Shown here piece after piece: positions 25,632 through 37,833 of a stretch of DNA of 64,000 nucleotides. The notes under the pieces are model-generated. The model was given only the letters and a program-made list of their open reading frames with translations. It searched no databases and was not told the origin of the DNA. The stretch spans positions 496,001 through 560,000 of the forward strand of contig CM102289.1 of the NCBI GenBank assembly GCA_046563655.1, read 5' to 3'. Within the stretch, counting starts at the first letter, position 1, and each line of letters starts with the position of its first letter. A program made the translations under genes and the position numbers. Source of the stretch: Yuukianura sp. NJ FZ-2021 (lineage: Eukaryota).

Positions 25632-27945
25632 ATGCTAACCAAGTTGGAACTGGAACTGATTCACTTCCTGCTTAAGAAACATTCAAAATTGAAACTCGCA
25701 GCACTTACTTACAACGAAAAAGATCGTACTCTTCAAACAAGCCCCAAACTTTGGAAAATATCAAAAGTGACGACTTTTGTAACAATTGTTGTTGCAGTTC
25801 TACATTGCATTCTACTGTTTCGGGAAATTCAACTACCAAGTACGTCTCTGTTCCATCGAATTGTTGGCTACATTACTCTTGTATGTGGAATAATCGCATT
25901 CTTCTGCCGTATCAACTTGGTTGTACATCCAAAAGAAATTGCCAATGTTCTCAACAATTTGCTACACGTCAACACAATCCTAGGTAACGTTTCACTCGTA
26001 AAATCCTTACACATTCAAAATAGAAGTACAAACAGACAGACTTGTGTAAAAACATAAAGTAGAGCAAGCTATTGCTACTTATTATAAAAAAACGTGTGGC
26101 AATTTGAAATATCCGAATATACTTGGTTACATCAATTCAAGGAGGCTTGGGCGCCGCCCCACCACGCTTTGCTCAACAAAACTTTTTCCACGTAAAATAC
26201 ATTAACGAGGGAGCATTCCGAACCGGTCGTCAAGTTTTTGAATTTAAAAAATACAGTCATGTTCTGTATTTCAAAAGAAAATTTTCTGCACTAGTTTCAG
26301 TTGCCAAAAAAATTTAACCATCCGAACTCTTGGTCCCACTCCAGAGGAATGAGAAAAAAACTTTTCATATCGGATTCTTCAACAGGAAGCGTGTTTAGGA
26401 TGTTATGTCAGACAATCTGGACGTTTTCTGTTGAATGATTCGACATAAAAAATATTTTTTCTCTATTTTATGGAGTGGGTTCGAATCCAGGTCGGGGTAC
26501 TTTTTTTTTGGCGTTGGCAACCAAAACTATTGCAGAAAATTTTATTTTGACATTTAGAAGATGATTGTATTTTTTAAATTCAAAAACTTGACGACCGGTT
26601 GGGAATGTTCCCTCGCAAGTTAGCATAAACACATTGTGTTTTAATGCAAATTTGTAGGGGTCCGCCTGCAGAAGAACTGGAAATTGCACCAAGCATTATG
26701 TCTGCTGGTGCTTGGGATTGGAAGTGCTGCTATTCCATTGGTAATTCTTGTTGAAATGCGCCTCATTAAGAACGTCCTGACGTCATCGCCAATTGTCGCA
26801 ATGACGTACTGCCTCCTTGTTCCGGTCTGCACCATCATATGTATCCACGACTTTCAGTTGCACACTTGCGTAGCTGTGTCAGTCTTTGTCATTCCTTACT
26901 GGATACAAGTGGCGGCGTAAGCACAGAACAAGCTTGTTTAACTCGAAATTTTGTTTATTTCTTTTTAGAAGGTTTTATCATAACTCCTAGCTTTAAAAAA
27001 TTGTTGGTTTTGAAATTTTTCTGCGATTTGTTGACCTCGCGCCATGTAAAGTAAATGGGATGGGTCCAAAATTGGTCCAAAAGTTGTTTTTTCTTGTTTA
27101 TTTTAAAAAATCGGAGTTATGACAAAACCTATTATGCCATTTGTATAAATGGTCGCTATAGCAACCTTGGCACAGAACATATTGCCTTTTTTATTCTAAT
27201 TATTAAAACGTATACCTTGAAGTCTCTCAATAGTAGACCTGCCAAAAATATTTAGTTTTCAGTGCTGTAAATGTTAAGAAAATCTATATTATATCTATTT
27301 ATTTACCCTTACTCTTTATTTTAAGGTCGTAAATATTTCGAGCTTCTTCTGTAAATTTTGTATTTATTTAAATATTTGGCTGGTTTAAATATTTTTTGGA
27401 GGTCTGCTAATTGCGCAACACTCATTGGTATGAACTAAAGTTGCGAATAATATATATGTAGCACCGACGTTATTGTTGCAAGAAGTTTCAACTGGAAAGA
27501 GCGGTCGATGCGGATTTACCGTCAAATGACTGTTTTGACGCAACTGGTGAACATCTCTCTGGGTTCCTTCGGTGCTGTTCCAAAAGTAGTTCTCATTCTG
27601 AACGTCATGCTGCTCGTCTACATTGTAGTTAAATATTCGAAGCATTTGAGCTTGGCACTCAGTGTAGGCTTTACGCTAAATGGCGTCGTCATGCTCATTT
27701 TCATTCCAGCCGTGGGCATCACGATGTCCAGAATTTCCGAAATGTCGCAACTCTTCACTCAAAACATGACAGAAGCCCTGATTTCTGTGGACAATGCAGA
27801 AAGAAATGTGATGCGCAGACGCATAAAGTCCCTAGTGCCTCTACGTTTCAGCGTTGGATCGCTCTACTACATGACAAGAACAACAAAGCTCAAACTGGCG
27901 GACATCGTTGCCAATGGAATCACATTCTTACTAATTAATTACTGA
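25632..27945 (+). CDS. Chemoreceptor-like paralog 3, 364 aa
   Basis: join(25632..25983,26658..26916,27462..27945); same exon lengths and phases as paralogs 1 and 2. Confidence 0.75.
26206..26615. mobile_element. Mariner-like MITE with ~105-bp imperfect TIRs
   Basis: CGAGGGAGCATTCCGAACCGGTCGTCAAGTTTTTGAATTT... recurs in inverted form ending ...GGGAATGTTCCCTCG; located in intron 1 of paralog 3. Confidence 0.8.
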
Positions 27946-27972
27946 AGTTGTAATCCATGAATTTTGAGACAT

Positions 27973-28105
27973 TTGGCAACAGAACCTAATAGCTCAGTGG
28001 TTAAAACTCTTCTCGGATTTAAGAGACGTGGGTTCAAGTCCCACTTGGTGCTTTATTTTTTTCACACTGTCATTCGCTGTCTCTCAAGACATGTGAGCCT
28101 TTAAC
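27973..28105 (+). mobile_element. tRNA-derived SINE-like element
   Basis: TTGGCAACAGAACC..TAGCTCAGTGGTTAAAAC...GTGGGTTCAAGTCCCAC; same position after the stop codon as the copy at 24890. Confidence 0.75.
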
Positions 28106-28637
28106 CACGCAATATAACTTAACTTGTCTTTTACTTAGTTAATCACTTACTCTAAAAGTTCTCAAACCAACAACAAAAAATGCGACTTTGTTGTTTGTCG
28201 CTTTTACGCTTTTTAAATTTCTGGGGTTAATTTGCAATTTTCTCTTCAAAAATTGTCGATATAGCTCGTACCTCCTTGGATGACGCACAGTAAAACAAAC
28301 TGTCAAAATTAAGTGAAATTTTGGTTAGTTTGTGATCATGCAAAATATACGTTTTAAACCCATAATGTACCAGTGTGTTTTAAACTTATAAACTTATTTT
28401 AGACTTGCAAAGCCCCGTTTCAAACTTTGAATTAAGTCCTTTCTAATTCAATACTCGGCTAAGTACTTTGATTCTCGTTCGAAAACTACCATTTTTTAAC
28501 TCAAAGTTTGCAAAACTGTATTTTTCATTTTGGGAACGTAAATTTTTTCCCAACTTATTGTCCAGTAAGTTTTGGGAAGCGTTACAGCTACCAACTACTT
28601 TTTTTTTACCAATTTAAAAAAAAAGTGCGAAGAAGAG

Positions 28638-28956
28638 ATGTTGACCCAATTGCAATTGGGGCTGCTCCTTGTGCTCCTTGCTACATTTTGTTTTCAAGAA
28701 AAATGTATATTGAGAGCTGGCTCCTTTTTCTTACGATGAATAAAACTACACGCTCTAAACAACCGCAAAACTTCGAATGAGAACCAAAATCATCACCTTG
28801 GTAACAATTGTTTTAGCAGTTGGAGTGGACTATGTACTTTTTCGTGAAATTCAACTCCCACGTACTCCTATTTTCGAAAAGATTCTGGTTTGGTTGATTC
28901 TATTCCTCGGAACGATCGGATTCTTCTGTAAAATGAACTTAGTTTTACGGCTGACG
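28638..28956 (+). pseudogene. Chemoreceptor-like paralog 4, exon-1-only pseudogene
   Basis: MLTQLQL.. then a frameshift to ELAPFSYDE*NYTL*TTAKLRMRTKIITLV...FFCKMNLVL; two in-frame stops and no recognisable exons 2-3. Confidence 0.85.
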
Positions 28957-29360
28957 TAAGCTTTAACGATCGTTATTGTAGCCGCCTGGGGCCATCTTGA
29001 GTGGCTGCAATAGCTGGCTTGGCTACGCTTAAGCGGCAACAAATATAGGTAGCTGTAAGTGCAGTTCAACGTAGGTGTAAAGGAGTTTTAAGGTTTTAAT
29101 AAGTGTATGGAGTGTGGAAGTGACCTGTGAAAAAAAGTTGCAGTAAGGCACAGTTTCCGACATGTTCAGGTTCACAGCTCTGCTTTATTACGCAGGTGTA
29201 ATAAAGCAGATATTAATAAATAAGTTCTATAAATAAATATTTAATAAATAATATTTTGAATGTAAAATTTAGTTAATCTAAACTGTTTGATTTGTTAAAT
29301 TGGCGAGTGGAGGGAAAAGAGGTTACAGGGTAACTTTTTCCCTCAATTCAACCGTTGTTT

Positions 29361-29764
29361 CGGTTGGATTATACCCTTATGTACGCATGTTAAAAACTTG
29401 GAAAAATTTCGAGAAAAAGGTCACTGACATCCTCAGACAACCCAAAAAATGACCTCTACAAAAGTTGTTGGCCTTGATGAGGGGATCATTTTTTGTCCTC
29501 TGACATATGACCCTGTGACCTTTCGTTAAGGTCATAGGTCAATTTGAAGGTTTAACCTAACCTAACCTAACTAACTTTCAAATTGACCTATGACCTCAAC
29601 GGAAGGTCACAGGGTCATATGTCAGAGGACAAAAAATGATCCCCTCATCAAGGCCAACAACTTTTGTAGAGGTCATTTTTTGGGTTGTCTGAGGATGTCA
29701 GTGACCTTTTTCTCGAAATTTTTCCAAGTTTTTAACATGCGTACATAAGGGTATAATCCAACCG
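29361..29764. mobile_element. 404-bp near-perfect palindrome (foldback/MITE) with a telomeric-repeat loop
   Basis: Arms of ~188 bp (29361-29548, 29577-29764) with two visible mismatches; the loop contains AACCTAACCTAACCTAAC; flanked by the direct repeat TTGTTT. Confidence 0.85.
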
Positions 29765-29943
29765 TTGTTTCCTTTTTTACTTTTTTTTGGCACTCTTTTA
29801 TCATTCAAATTCTTTGGCGTAGTCGTGTGTCGGCTGATCTCGTCCTTCTCTCATCTAACCACCTTCGAATACAAGACCGGTTGTCGATTAATTGATTGTA
29901 AACCGATTAATCTAGCCTCATTTAATTTCATTTCCTCTGCAAC

Positions 29944-32935
29944 ATGTCGTTCGGTGACGTCTCTACATCTGCTGGGTTGGGTAAACTCAATGAACATCTC
30001 AAGTCCCACTCCTACGTCGAAGGGTAATTTAGATTAAGAATTTGTTAATTTTCGACACGAATTCCAACAGATTAACAATTGACTGATTCTGAACAGGTAT
30101 TCTCCCAGCAGTGCTGATACCAAAACGTTTGATGTCATCAAATCCACTCCAGATTCTTCACATCCTCATGTCCTCCGATGGTACAATCACATGAAGAGCT
30201 TCGGAGCATCGAAAGCCTGTTTCGGGGCACCCGGAGCAAGTGCTGCTACTTTTTTAGCTGCTCCTGTCAACAACGGTGCTGCTGATGAAGATAAAGATGT
30301 TGATCTTTTTGCATCTGATGAAGAAGAGGTAATACTTTGTGTAAAAGGATTGGCTGGAGAATTGAGACTGTAATAATGATTTATGGTTCGCAGGATGCCG
30401 AGGCAGCCAAGATTCGAGAAGATCGTCTCAAAGTCTGCACAGAGAATAAGAGCAAAGACCCTGAGTCCATTGCCCAGTCAAAGGTCATCGTAGATGTCAA
30501 ACCGTGGAATGACGACACAGATATGAAGAGTGAGCAACAAAACCAGATTTTCCGTATGATTATTTTTTCCGGACTGAATTTCTTTTTTTTTTCATTAGAC
30601 CTGGAAGAAGCTGTGCGCTCTGCGGATATCAGTTTTGCTGCTTTAAGAAGTGGGGTTCGTTTTCCATCTACTCCAGGAACGTTAAGTAATCACAATGAAG
30701 TACAGAATCAGTCTGCTACATCGAGTTCATTCGTTGAACCACTTCGTGATGCCGGTCGTTTGTCTTGCACTGCCACGATGGATTCCATTCCAAATGAAGT
30801 AAGGTCAACTTGATTCCTAATTTATTAAGCTCAAAACTAAACTTTCGAGCTTGAAGCCAATAATTAAACGTTTGTTTCAAGCAACTGTTTTTTGGATCTG
30901 CATCCCGTTGAATATAACGTTATTTTAAATTTCATCATAACGTATTCATAACCAAATAAGAACAAGAATTGCCGACAACAGTACGTCAAAATGAGTTTTA
31001 GAAACATTCTTGTTGACGTCTTAGTGTAAAAGTAAAATTGAATGTTAAACTCCGATTTGACATAAATAGTCTATGTGATTACTAACATCATTCTTGTCTT
31101 TCAGATTCTGCTTCAAATAATTGGTTGTTTGAGAAAGCAAGAAATACCAAAGTTACGCTTGGTGAACTACCGATTCAATCAACTTACAACAACATGCTTT
31201 CCAAAGTTGTTTCGAGTGAACTTTTGGAAAGACTCGGACATTGTGAAGTTTATTTCTGTGTTTGAACGAAGCAAAACGGTCGTTCCGTTCCAAAAGTTTG
31301 GATTTAATAAATATCTCTCGACGTACCGGCAGCCGTTGGAGGAGTTTTGTGTCAAATTTGGAAGTATTGTGAAATCCTGGCGAATTTGGATTCACGTCCT
31401 TCCTCAACCGCCACACGAGAATTCACTTTTAAACAACATCCAAATCCTATTTGACAAATTCGAAAATGTAGAAGAAATCGAGTACCCAATTGTGGAACAG
31501 GAAATGTCCAAAGCTGTGGAAATCCCTGTACTAAAAAACTTGAAAACAATCAACATCGACTTTTACGATTCTGAGGACCAATACGACGATTCCCTTCTGC
31601 TGAATCTTTTGCAAAAAGCTCCAAATCTTAGGAACGTTTCAATCCAAAACTTTGAAGATCACGACACGGACACATCATACATTGCTTTTGTTCCAAACAT
31701 CCTAGACAAGATCTACAGTATCAACGGACCTGTCCTCATTCAAAAGTTGCTTGTGCTTCTTCAGTTTCCGACTTTGAATATGGATGAACTAGAAAAATTG
31801 GTTGCAATTTCAACAAAATACAAAATCCTGGATTTGAAATTATTCTTAATGCCTCAGGATCCCAGTTCTGGAAGTGTTTCACAAACATTGGAAATTATTT
31901 CAAATTGGATTCAAAAGTTGACATCGTTGCACAGGCTTTTCGTCAAATGCCTGCACTTCTGGAAGGACACCTATGGTCATGACCACTATTTTGGTCCAAT
32001 TACACTTCCTCTCCGTTCCCTCGCAAACATTGCATGTTTGGAGTTCTATTTCCCATACGAATCTGTCGCCTTGCGCCAACCGGTGGAATTTCCAGCTCTT
32101 ACAACGCTCAATTGCATGTATCGTGGAAAAACCGATAAGTTCAACTTCGCTGGATGTATTTTTCCAAATGTAAAATTCGCACAAATCTATTTGAAAACGG
32201 AGCAGGAACGTCAACATTGGCCATTAGTACTCCCCAACGTCACCGAATTGTGCGTTGCTTCTAAAACATTAGAAGGGATTTTCCGGTTTCCGAAAGTCCA
32301 GAAACTGCACATTTATGTCGACTCCGAGGACCCCGACGCGTTTGGACTTAATACGGACCGTGACATTCAACTTAAACACTGGAACCACCTAACTAATGGA
32401 GCTCAATACATCTCACACAGCATGATTACCAATTCTCTCCTAGAAACTGGGAAAACTTCGGAATCAATTGACTCCTTTCGCAATTTTCCGGGTAAGCATA
32501 AAATTTTAAAACACAACTTCTAATTTTTCTTAATTTTTTTTGATGGATAAATTTATAATTTTAGAGTTCAAGCTAAAATAAAATGATCGCTCAAGTTGCA
32601 GTGCGTGTATTAATAAATGTTGTTTTTTTAACTAGTGCTGACACATTTGAGGTTCTTCTACGCCAGCATTGAGTGCTGGAAGGGCGTTATTTACGCCAGC
32701 CAAACTGGGCAACTCCGACGCCTTCAAAAACTCGTTTTCGATCATGAGGAATTTAATAAGGTGAGTGTTGAATCACTTTCAAAACTTAAGTCCTTACATT
32801 TCAGAACAAGAAGATGCACAAAAAAAATAATAATAAAATTTGTAATTCCAGAAGGACCATTATCTGGAAGTATTGATGAGGTACCACGATTCAGCCATTA
32901 CTACCGCAGAACATTGCATTCCACCGTTCCTCTAG
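29944..32935 (+). CDS. Putative chimera: truncated elongation factor 1-beta fused to an F-box/LRR-like protein, ~747 aa
   Basis: join(29944..30023,30097..30328,30394..30529,30599..30798,31105..32491,32636..32760,32852..32935), all GT-AG and frame-consistent. EF1B motifs MSFGDV..LNEHL..SYVEG, HVLRWYNH, DLFASDEEE, DVKPWNDDTDM, LEEAVRS; F-box MDSIPNE|ILLQIIGCL..LRLVNYRFNQL. Confidence 0.7.
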
Positions 32936-33128
32936 AATGACTTATTTCTGGATTAAACAAACGCATCTGTCGCACCTTATTTCATCGATACAATCTTTCT
33001 AAGTTTCTACAAGTAAATACTAATTCTAATAACCTATTCTAATAACAGAAATGAAGCAATTTACCCCTTAAGTGCAATGTCCACTATTTTTTTTTAGAGT
33101 TAAGCTTTAGTTTAAGATAAGTCCGTCC

Positions 33129-33539
33129 TAGTGCTTCAAGTTCGAACTTTAGAGTTCGAACTTCCGAACTCGAACCTGGCTGATTTCCTAGGTTCGAAGT
33201 TCGAACTTCAGCCAAAAGAGTTCGAACCCGCACATCAATATTGGCAAATATCCAGCAATCCAAGGATTTCAACCAAAAACGAGGCATATTGCCACAGAAA
33301 GTAGTTTTAGTCCACTTTAAACCCATTGTTTTAAGTTAGTTTTTGAAAAATAATTCAAATAAGGGAGAAATGCACTTCGGATGTGAATTGCAAAATTTAT
33401 CACCCTCACCCTTTTTTTCACCGCCCGTTGGTTTTTGCATGTAAAAAAGAGGTTCGAAAGTTCGAACTTGTTCTTCAGAAAGTTCGAACTTAGGTTCGAA
33501 GTTCGAACTTTTCATTTCGGGCCCGAACTTGAAGCACTA
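33129..33539. mobile_element. hAT-type MITE, 411 bp
   Basis: TIR TAGTGCTTCAAGTTCG/CGAACTTGAAGCACTA; 8-bp TSD GTCCGTCC (33121-33128, 33540-33547); many internal GTTCGAAC palindromes. Confidence 0.92.
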
Positions 33540-34186
33540 GTCCGTCCGTATCAAGTGTCAAAATACAGTAAGAGCACTCAAGGCTAAATGAGCTTAAGCT
33601 AATCCTCTCGTAACGTACAGTCATTAAAACACGAGTTTACACGTAATACACATTGGCAAAATAAAAACAGCATTTGAGAAAACAATTAAACTGTTTTTGG
33701 AGTTAGAAATTTTTTAGTACGACATTTTTTTTTATAAGTCAAGCATTCAATTCATTCCAAATAGAGCAAATTACTTCAGAATTTTTTTTAAAAGTTTGAG
33801 ATTCAGTTATCCCAGCCCAGAGTTTACTCAATCAGTTGAAATTTTTTTGAATCGTTTCTTCCATCCCTCAACACTGCTACAAGAAAAATCCAGGGGAGAA
33901 AATTTTTATGGAAAAACTTTTTTCCTCAGATCTTGTACTCACACTAATTAAAATTAATTTTAAATCAACTTCCCGGCTTTTGTTGTTATTCGAGTCATTG
34001 GTTCCTTTTTTCAAATTACTTTCACCTAAAAAATAAATTTTTACTGTTCGCACTTCATGCATGCACGCACTTCATGTTTCGAAATTCCGAAAAAAAATTT
34101 GTGGAAAGCTTATCCCCAAACGTAGGAAGAGCTTCAAACTCTTCCACACTGAACACCTCCACTGCCCAACTTTTGCGCCTTTGAAG

Positions 34187-36368
34187 ATGTTCACTACGAA
34201 GGCCATTCAAAATTTTGTGAGACTTCTTGACATTGGAACGAAATTCCGAATTTCACCGATTCTTTGGAAAAGTACAAACTGGACTCGACGTGACCGGACG
34301 ACATACTTTTTGGTCTACTGCGCAGGTCTGTTTTACTACAAACTGTTAAGTACTGCGCATACTCCGATTCAAGTTATCGTCAAAGTGCTAAATCACTTGC
34401 TCGCTAGATTGTTCACGCTCTTGTTCCACTTCTACGCCATTTTATATTCAGATCAACTCAAAATTTATTGCCCACATTTGTTCCACTTACACCCAAAGGT
34501 ACAACGTAAACAATCCAAAAATTACTTTTTCAATTTAATTTTGGTAAACATTTAATTTTGAACTCATCTTTTTCGTCTTTTCAATTTTTTATATTTGTAT
34601 GATGACTTGGACGAAACTCCCCAGAAGAAGTGGACAGTTGATGCGAATAACTTCGTTTGTGCCATCTACTGGCTGGTCATCTTCTTTCCGTTTCTGCCGG
34701 CCATGAACGTCTTCTCGGATCCACTGAGTCCGCAGTACTGGCCAGCACATTTCATCCCAAATTGGTACAATACTTGGGTTGGCAAAGAACTTTTCAGTAC
34801 TTGCGAGTGGTACTGCACTGCCAGCGGTGGGTATGCAACCGCCGTGTTTGTCACGTTACTCGTCATGCACATGCATACTGTCAAATCGTGGCTAAGTTTC
34901 TTCAGGTAACATCAAAATTATGAAACAAAAGTCAACTTAAGTTCACTTTCAGTTGAATTTTGAATTTTTTTTGAACAGTTCCAGAATTGACGAAGATGAC
35001 GCGAGTATTTTTGACAGCGCGGGAAAAGATTTTCGATTTGAATCCATTTCTGCATACAAAGAACTGCAGTTGTTGGACATCAGTTATGAAAATGCCATCA
35101 GAACATACTTGCCCATAGCTTATTTCCAGTTCATCGGTTATCACTGTGTCCTAAATTTAACTTTAATTCGAAATCATAGTTTCCCGCGTCAGTTCATACC
35201 GGCACTCATCATTGCAGATTGTCTCCTCTTCTCATTTGCGCATGTGTGGTTTGGGAGTGGTGGGAAAGTGAGCAGTGCTGCAGAGGAATTGAAACTGCGC
35301 ATGCGTTGCTCTACGTCACAGGCACACCAAAAAGGCGCCAACTCTTGTTCGGTGCTGATGGTTGAAATTGGACCGTACATTAAGTTGAACAAACGATCAG
35401 TCATTGACATAGATGGGCATCCTCAAAGAGGACGTCCTCAAATCCTCTATCCTCAATCGATTCCCGATCCTCAAGTACTCTTCTCCTCTATCCTCACTCG
35501 ATTTCTAGTCCTCAAATCTTCAAAACCTCATCCTCATTGGTATCCCAATCCTTAAAACCTCAAATCCTCTATCCTCAATCCCAATAATGTCCTCAAATCC
35601 TTAAACCTCTATCCTCAATTAAGTGAAAATAACTATATATAAAGTTAGGTTCACCAAGTCAATTTTATTTCAGACTAATATTCAATTTAATTAACCTAAC
35701 CTAACAGCGTCAGGAATACAGTAACTATCTTGTAACGTAGACGGTTGATAACTTTTGCAGATGACGAAGATTCGATTTCGTGTACTTCCTCGTCATTAAT
35801 CACGACAGGACAAACTCGGGTGTTGCCTGTTTTAAGTTCGACGACATGTTGTTCACTAACTAATTTAAATTAGATACACACCACTTCGGACTATACTATT
35901 GGCACTGGCAGCTGATGATACAAAAGAATAATAGTGAAGAGAAGAAATAGGATCAAAGCTCATGCTCAACTTTGAAACAACCGCGGTTGTTAGCGGGATG
36001 TCTGGGGATGTCTCATTTGACTCAATTTGCTAGGAATTGCGAAATTGAGGAGTGCTCAAATACTCAATCCTCAAGTAAATTTGAATCCTCAACTACTCTA
36101 ATCCTCTATCCTCACTTCATACTGTATCCTTAAATACTCAAAACCTCTATCCTCATTCAAAGTCCATCCTCAAAACTTCAATCCTCTATACTCTCCCCGG
36201 CCATCGGTCCTCAAATCCTCTATACTCAATCCTCATCCAAAATCGCGTCCTCTTTGAGGATTTCGTCCTCTTTGAGGATTTTTTGAGTGAGGACGCCCAT
36301 CTATGGTCATTGAGTATCTTTCAGTTTTGAGTAACTGTGTCATTCAGGCACTACTTTATGTCAAATAA
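34187..36368 (+). pseudogene. Chemoreceptor-like multi-TM gene disrupted by a hAT MITE
   Basis: Exons at about 34187-34498, 34601-34906 and 34985-35407. The frame resumes after the element as SVIEYLSVLSNCVIQALLYVK* (to 36368). The expected exon-2 acceptor reads TAT rather than TAG. Confidence 0.7.
35408..36305. mobile_element. hAT-type MITE copy A, 898 bp
   Basis: TIR CATAGATGGGC(A/G)TCCTCA; TSD GTCATTGA (35400-35407, 36306-36313); dense subterminal TCCTCAA/TCCTCTA repeats. Confidence 0.93.
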
Positions 36369-36619
36369 ATTTCGAAAAAATAATTTTTTGAAAAAAAAAA
36401 TCGTTTTTGAAAAAAATGCATCTTTTTTTTTTAAAGTGCCATACTTTTTGGCTGTGAAGGGGATTTGTTTATCTTATGTCAATAGACAATGATGAGCTTG
36501 TTGAAAACTTTGACTTTGATTTGTTTTTGCTGTGCCAAATTTTTTTTCAAGGTTAATGTGTTGGAGTAGCACTTGTAAAAATTGGCAAAAACGAAACACG
36601 GTTGGCAAATTCTTGCAAG

Positions 36620-37833
36620 CATAGATGGGCATCCTCAAAGAGGACGTCCTCAAATCCTCTATCCTCAATCGATTCCCGATCCTCAAGTACTCTTCTCCTC
36701 TATCCTCACTCGATTTCTAGTCCTCAAATCTTCAAAACCTCATCCTCATTGGCATTCCAATCCTTAAAACCTCAAATCCTCTATCCTCAACCCCAATAAT
36801 GTCCTCAAATCCTTAAACCTCTATCCTCAATTAAGTGAAAATAACTATACAGTTTGGTTCCGTTCACCAAGTCAAATTTATTTCAGACTGTAATATTGAA
36901 TTTAATTAACCAAAAATCCCATAACCATTAAGTCAAGCCTTACCAAAGGGATTCAAACAGTTGTAGCAATTAGGCTGAACAATCGCGATTGTTATTGGCA
37001 GGGTTGGCTGGTTTTTGGTTTTTATTGAAAAAAATCAAAAACCAATGGTTTTTGGTTTAATCAAGGTTTTTTTTTTGGTTTAAATCAAACCGGAGTTTGT
37101 GTAGAAATTACACAGTTCTCATCGATAAAGAGATAGTAAACTTGAAGCATCTACTAAAAGAACTTGCTAATTACTATAAATGCTGTAGACGCACAATTAC
37201 TTCAAAAAACTATAAATTGGAAAATGGAAATTGCAAATTTAATGCTTTTTGGCTGTTTTTAGTTTAATTTCTTGACTTTTGACTTATAAAACCCAAAAAA
37301 AAAACCAAAAGCAGGTTTTTATTAAAAAAACAGTTGGTTTAAATCAATTGGTTTTAACCTGTCCACCCTGGTTATTGGAAGCCAAATTTGTGTTAAGCAG
37401 ATGTTGGGGTATCATTAACACTTGCAGTGACACTGGCAGCCGATGATACAAAAGAATAATAGTGAAGAGAAGAAATCGGATCAAAGCTCATGCTCAACTT
37501 TGAAACAACCGCGGTTGTTAGCGGGATGTCTTGGGATGTCTCATTTGACTCAATTTGCTAGGAATTGCGAAATTGAGGAGTGCTCAAATACTCAATCCTC
37601 AAGTAAATTTGAATCCTCAACTACTCTAATCCTCTATCCTCACTTCATACTATATCCTTAAATACTCAAAACCTCTATCCTCATTCAAAATCCATCCTCA
37701 AAACTTCAATCCTCTATACTCTTCGAGGCCATCGGTCCTCAAATCTTCTATACTCAATCCTCATCCAAAATCGTGTCCTCTTTGAGGATTTCGTCCTCTT
37801 TGAGGATTTTTTGAGTGAGGACGCCCATCTATG
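36620..37833. mobile_element. hAT-type MITE copy B, 1214 bp
   Basis: Same TIRs and near-identical arms as copy A; TSD CTTGCAAG (36612-36619, 37834-37841). Confidence 0.93.
36999..37370. mobile_element. Nested hAT-type MITE inside copy B, 372 bp
   Basis: Ends CAGGGT.../...ACCCTG; TSD GTTATTGG (36991-36998, 37371-37378). Confidence 0.88.

Noticed and set aside
29944..30620. The organism's canonical EF1-beta gene
   Set aside because: Most of the C-terminal GEF domain is missing and conserved residues are altered, so it is a derived duplicate.
35408..35555. Shared peptide IDGHPQRGRPQILYPQSIPD in ORFs 34953 and 36582 as a protein domain
   Set aside because: It is the translated left arm of the duplicated MITE.
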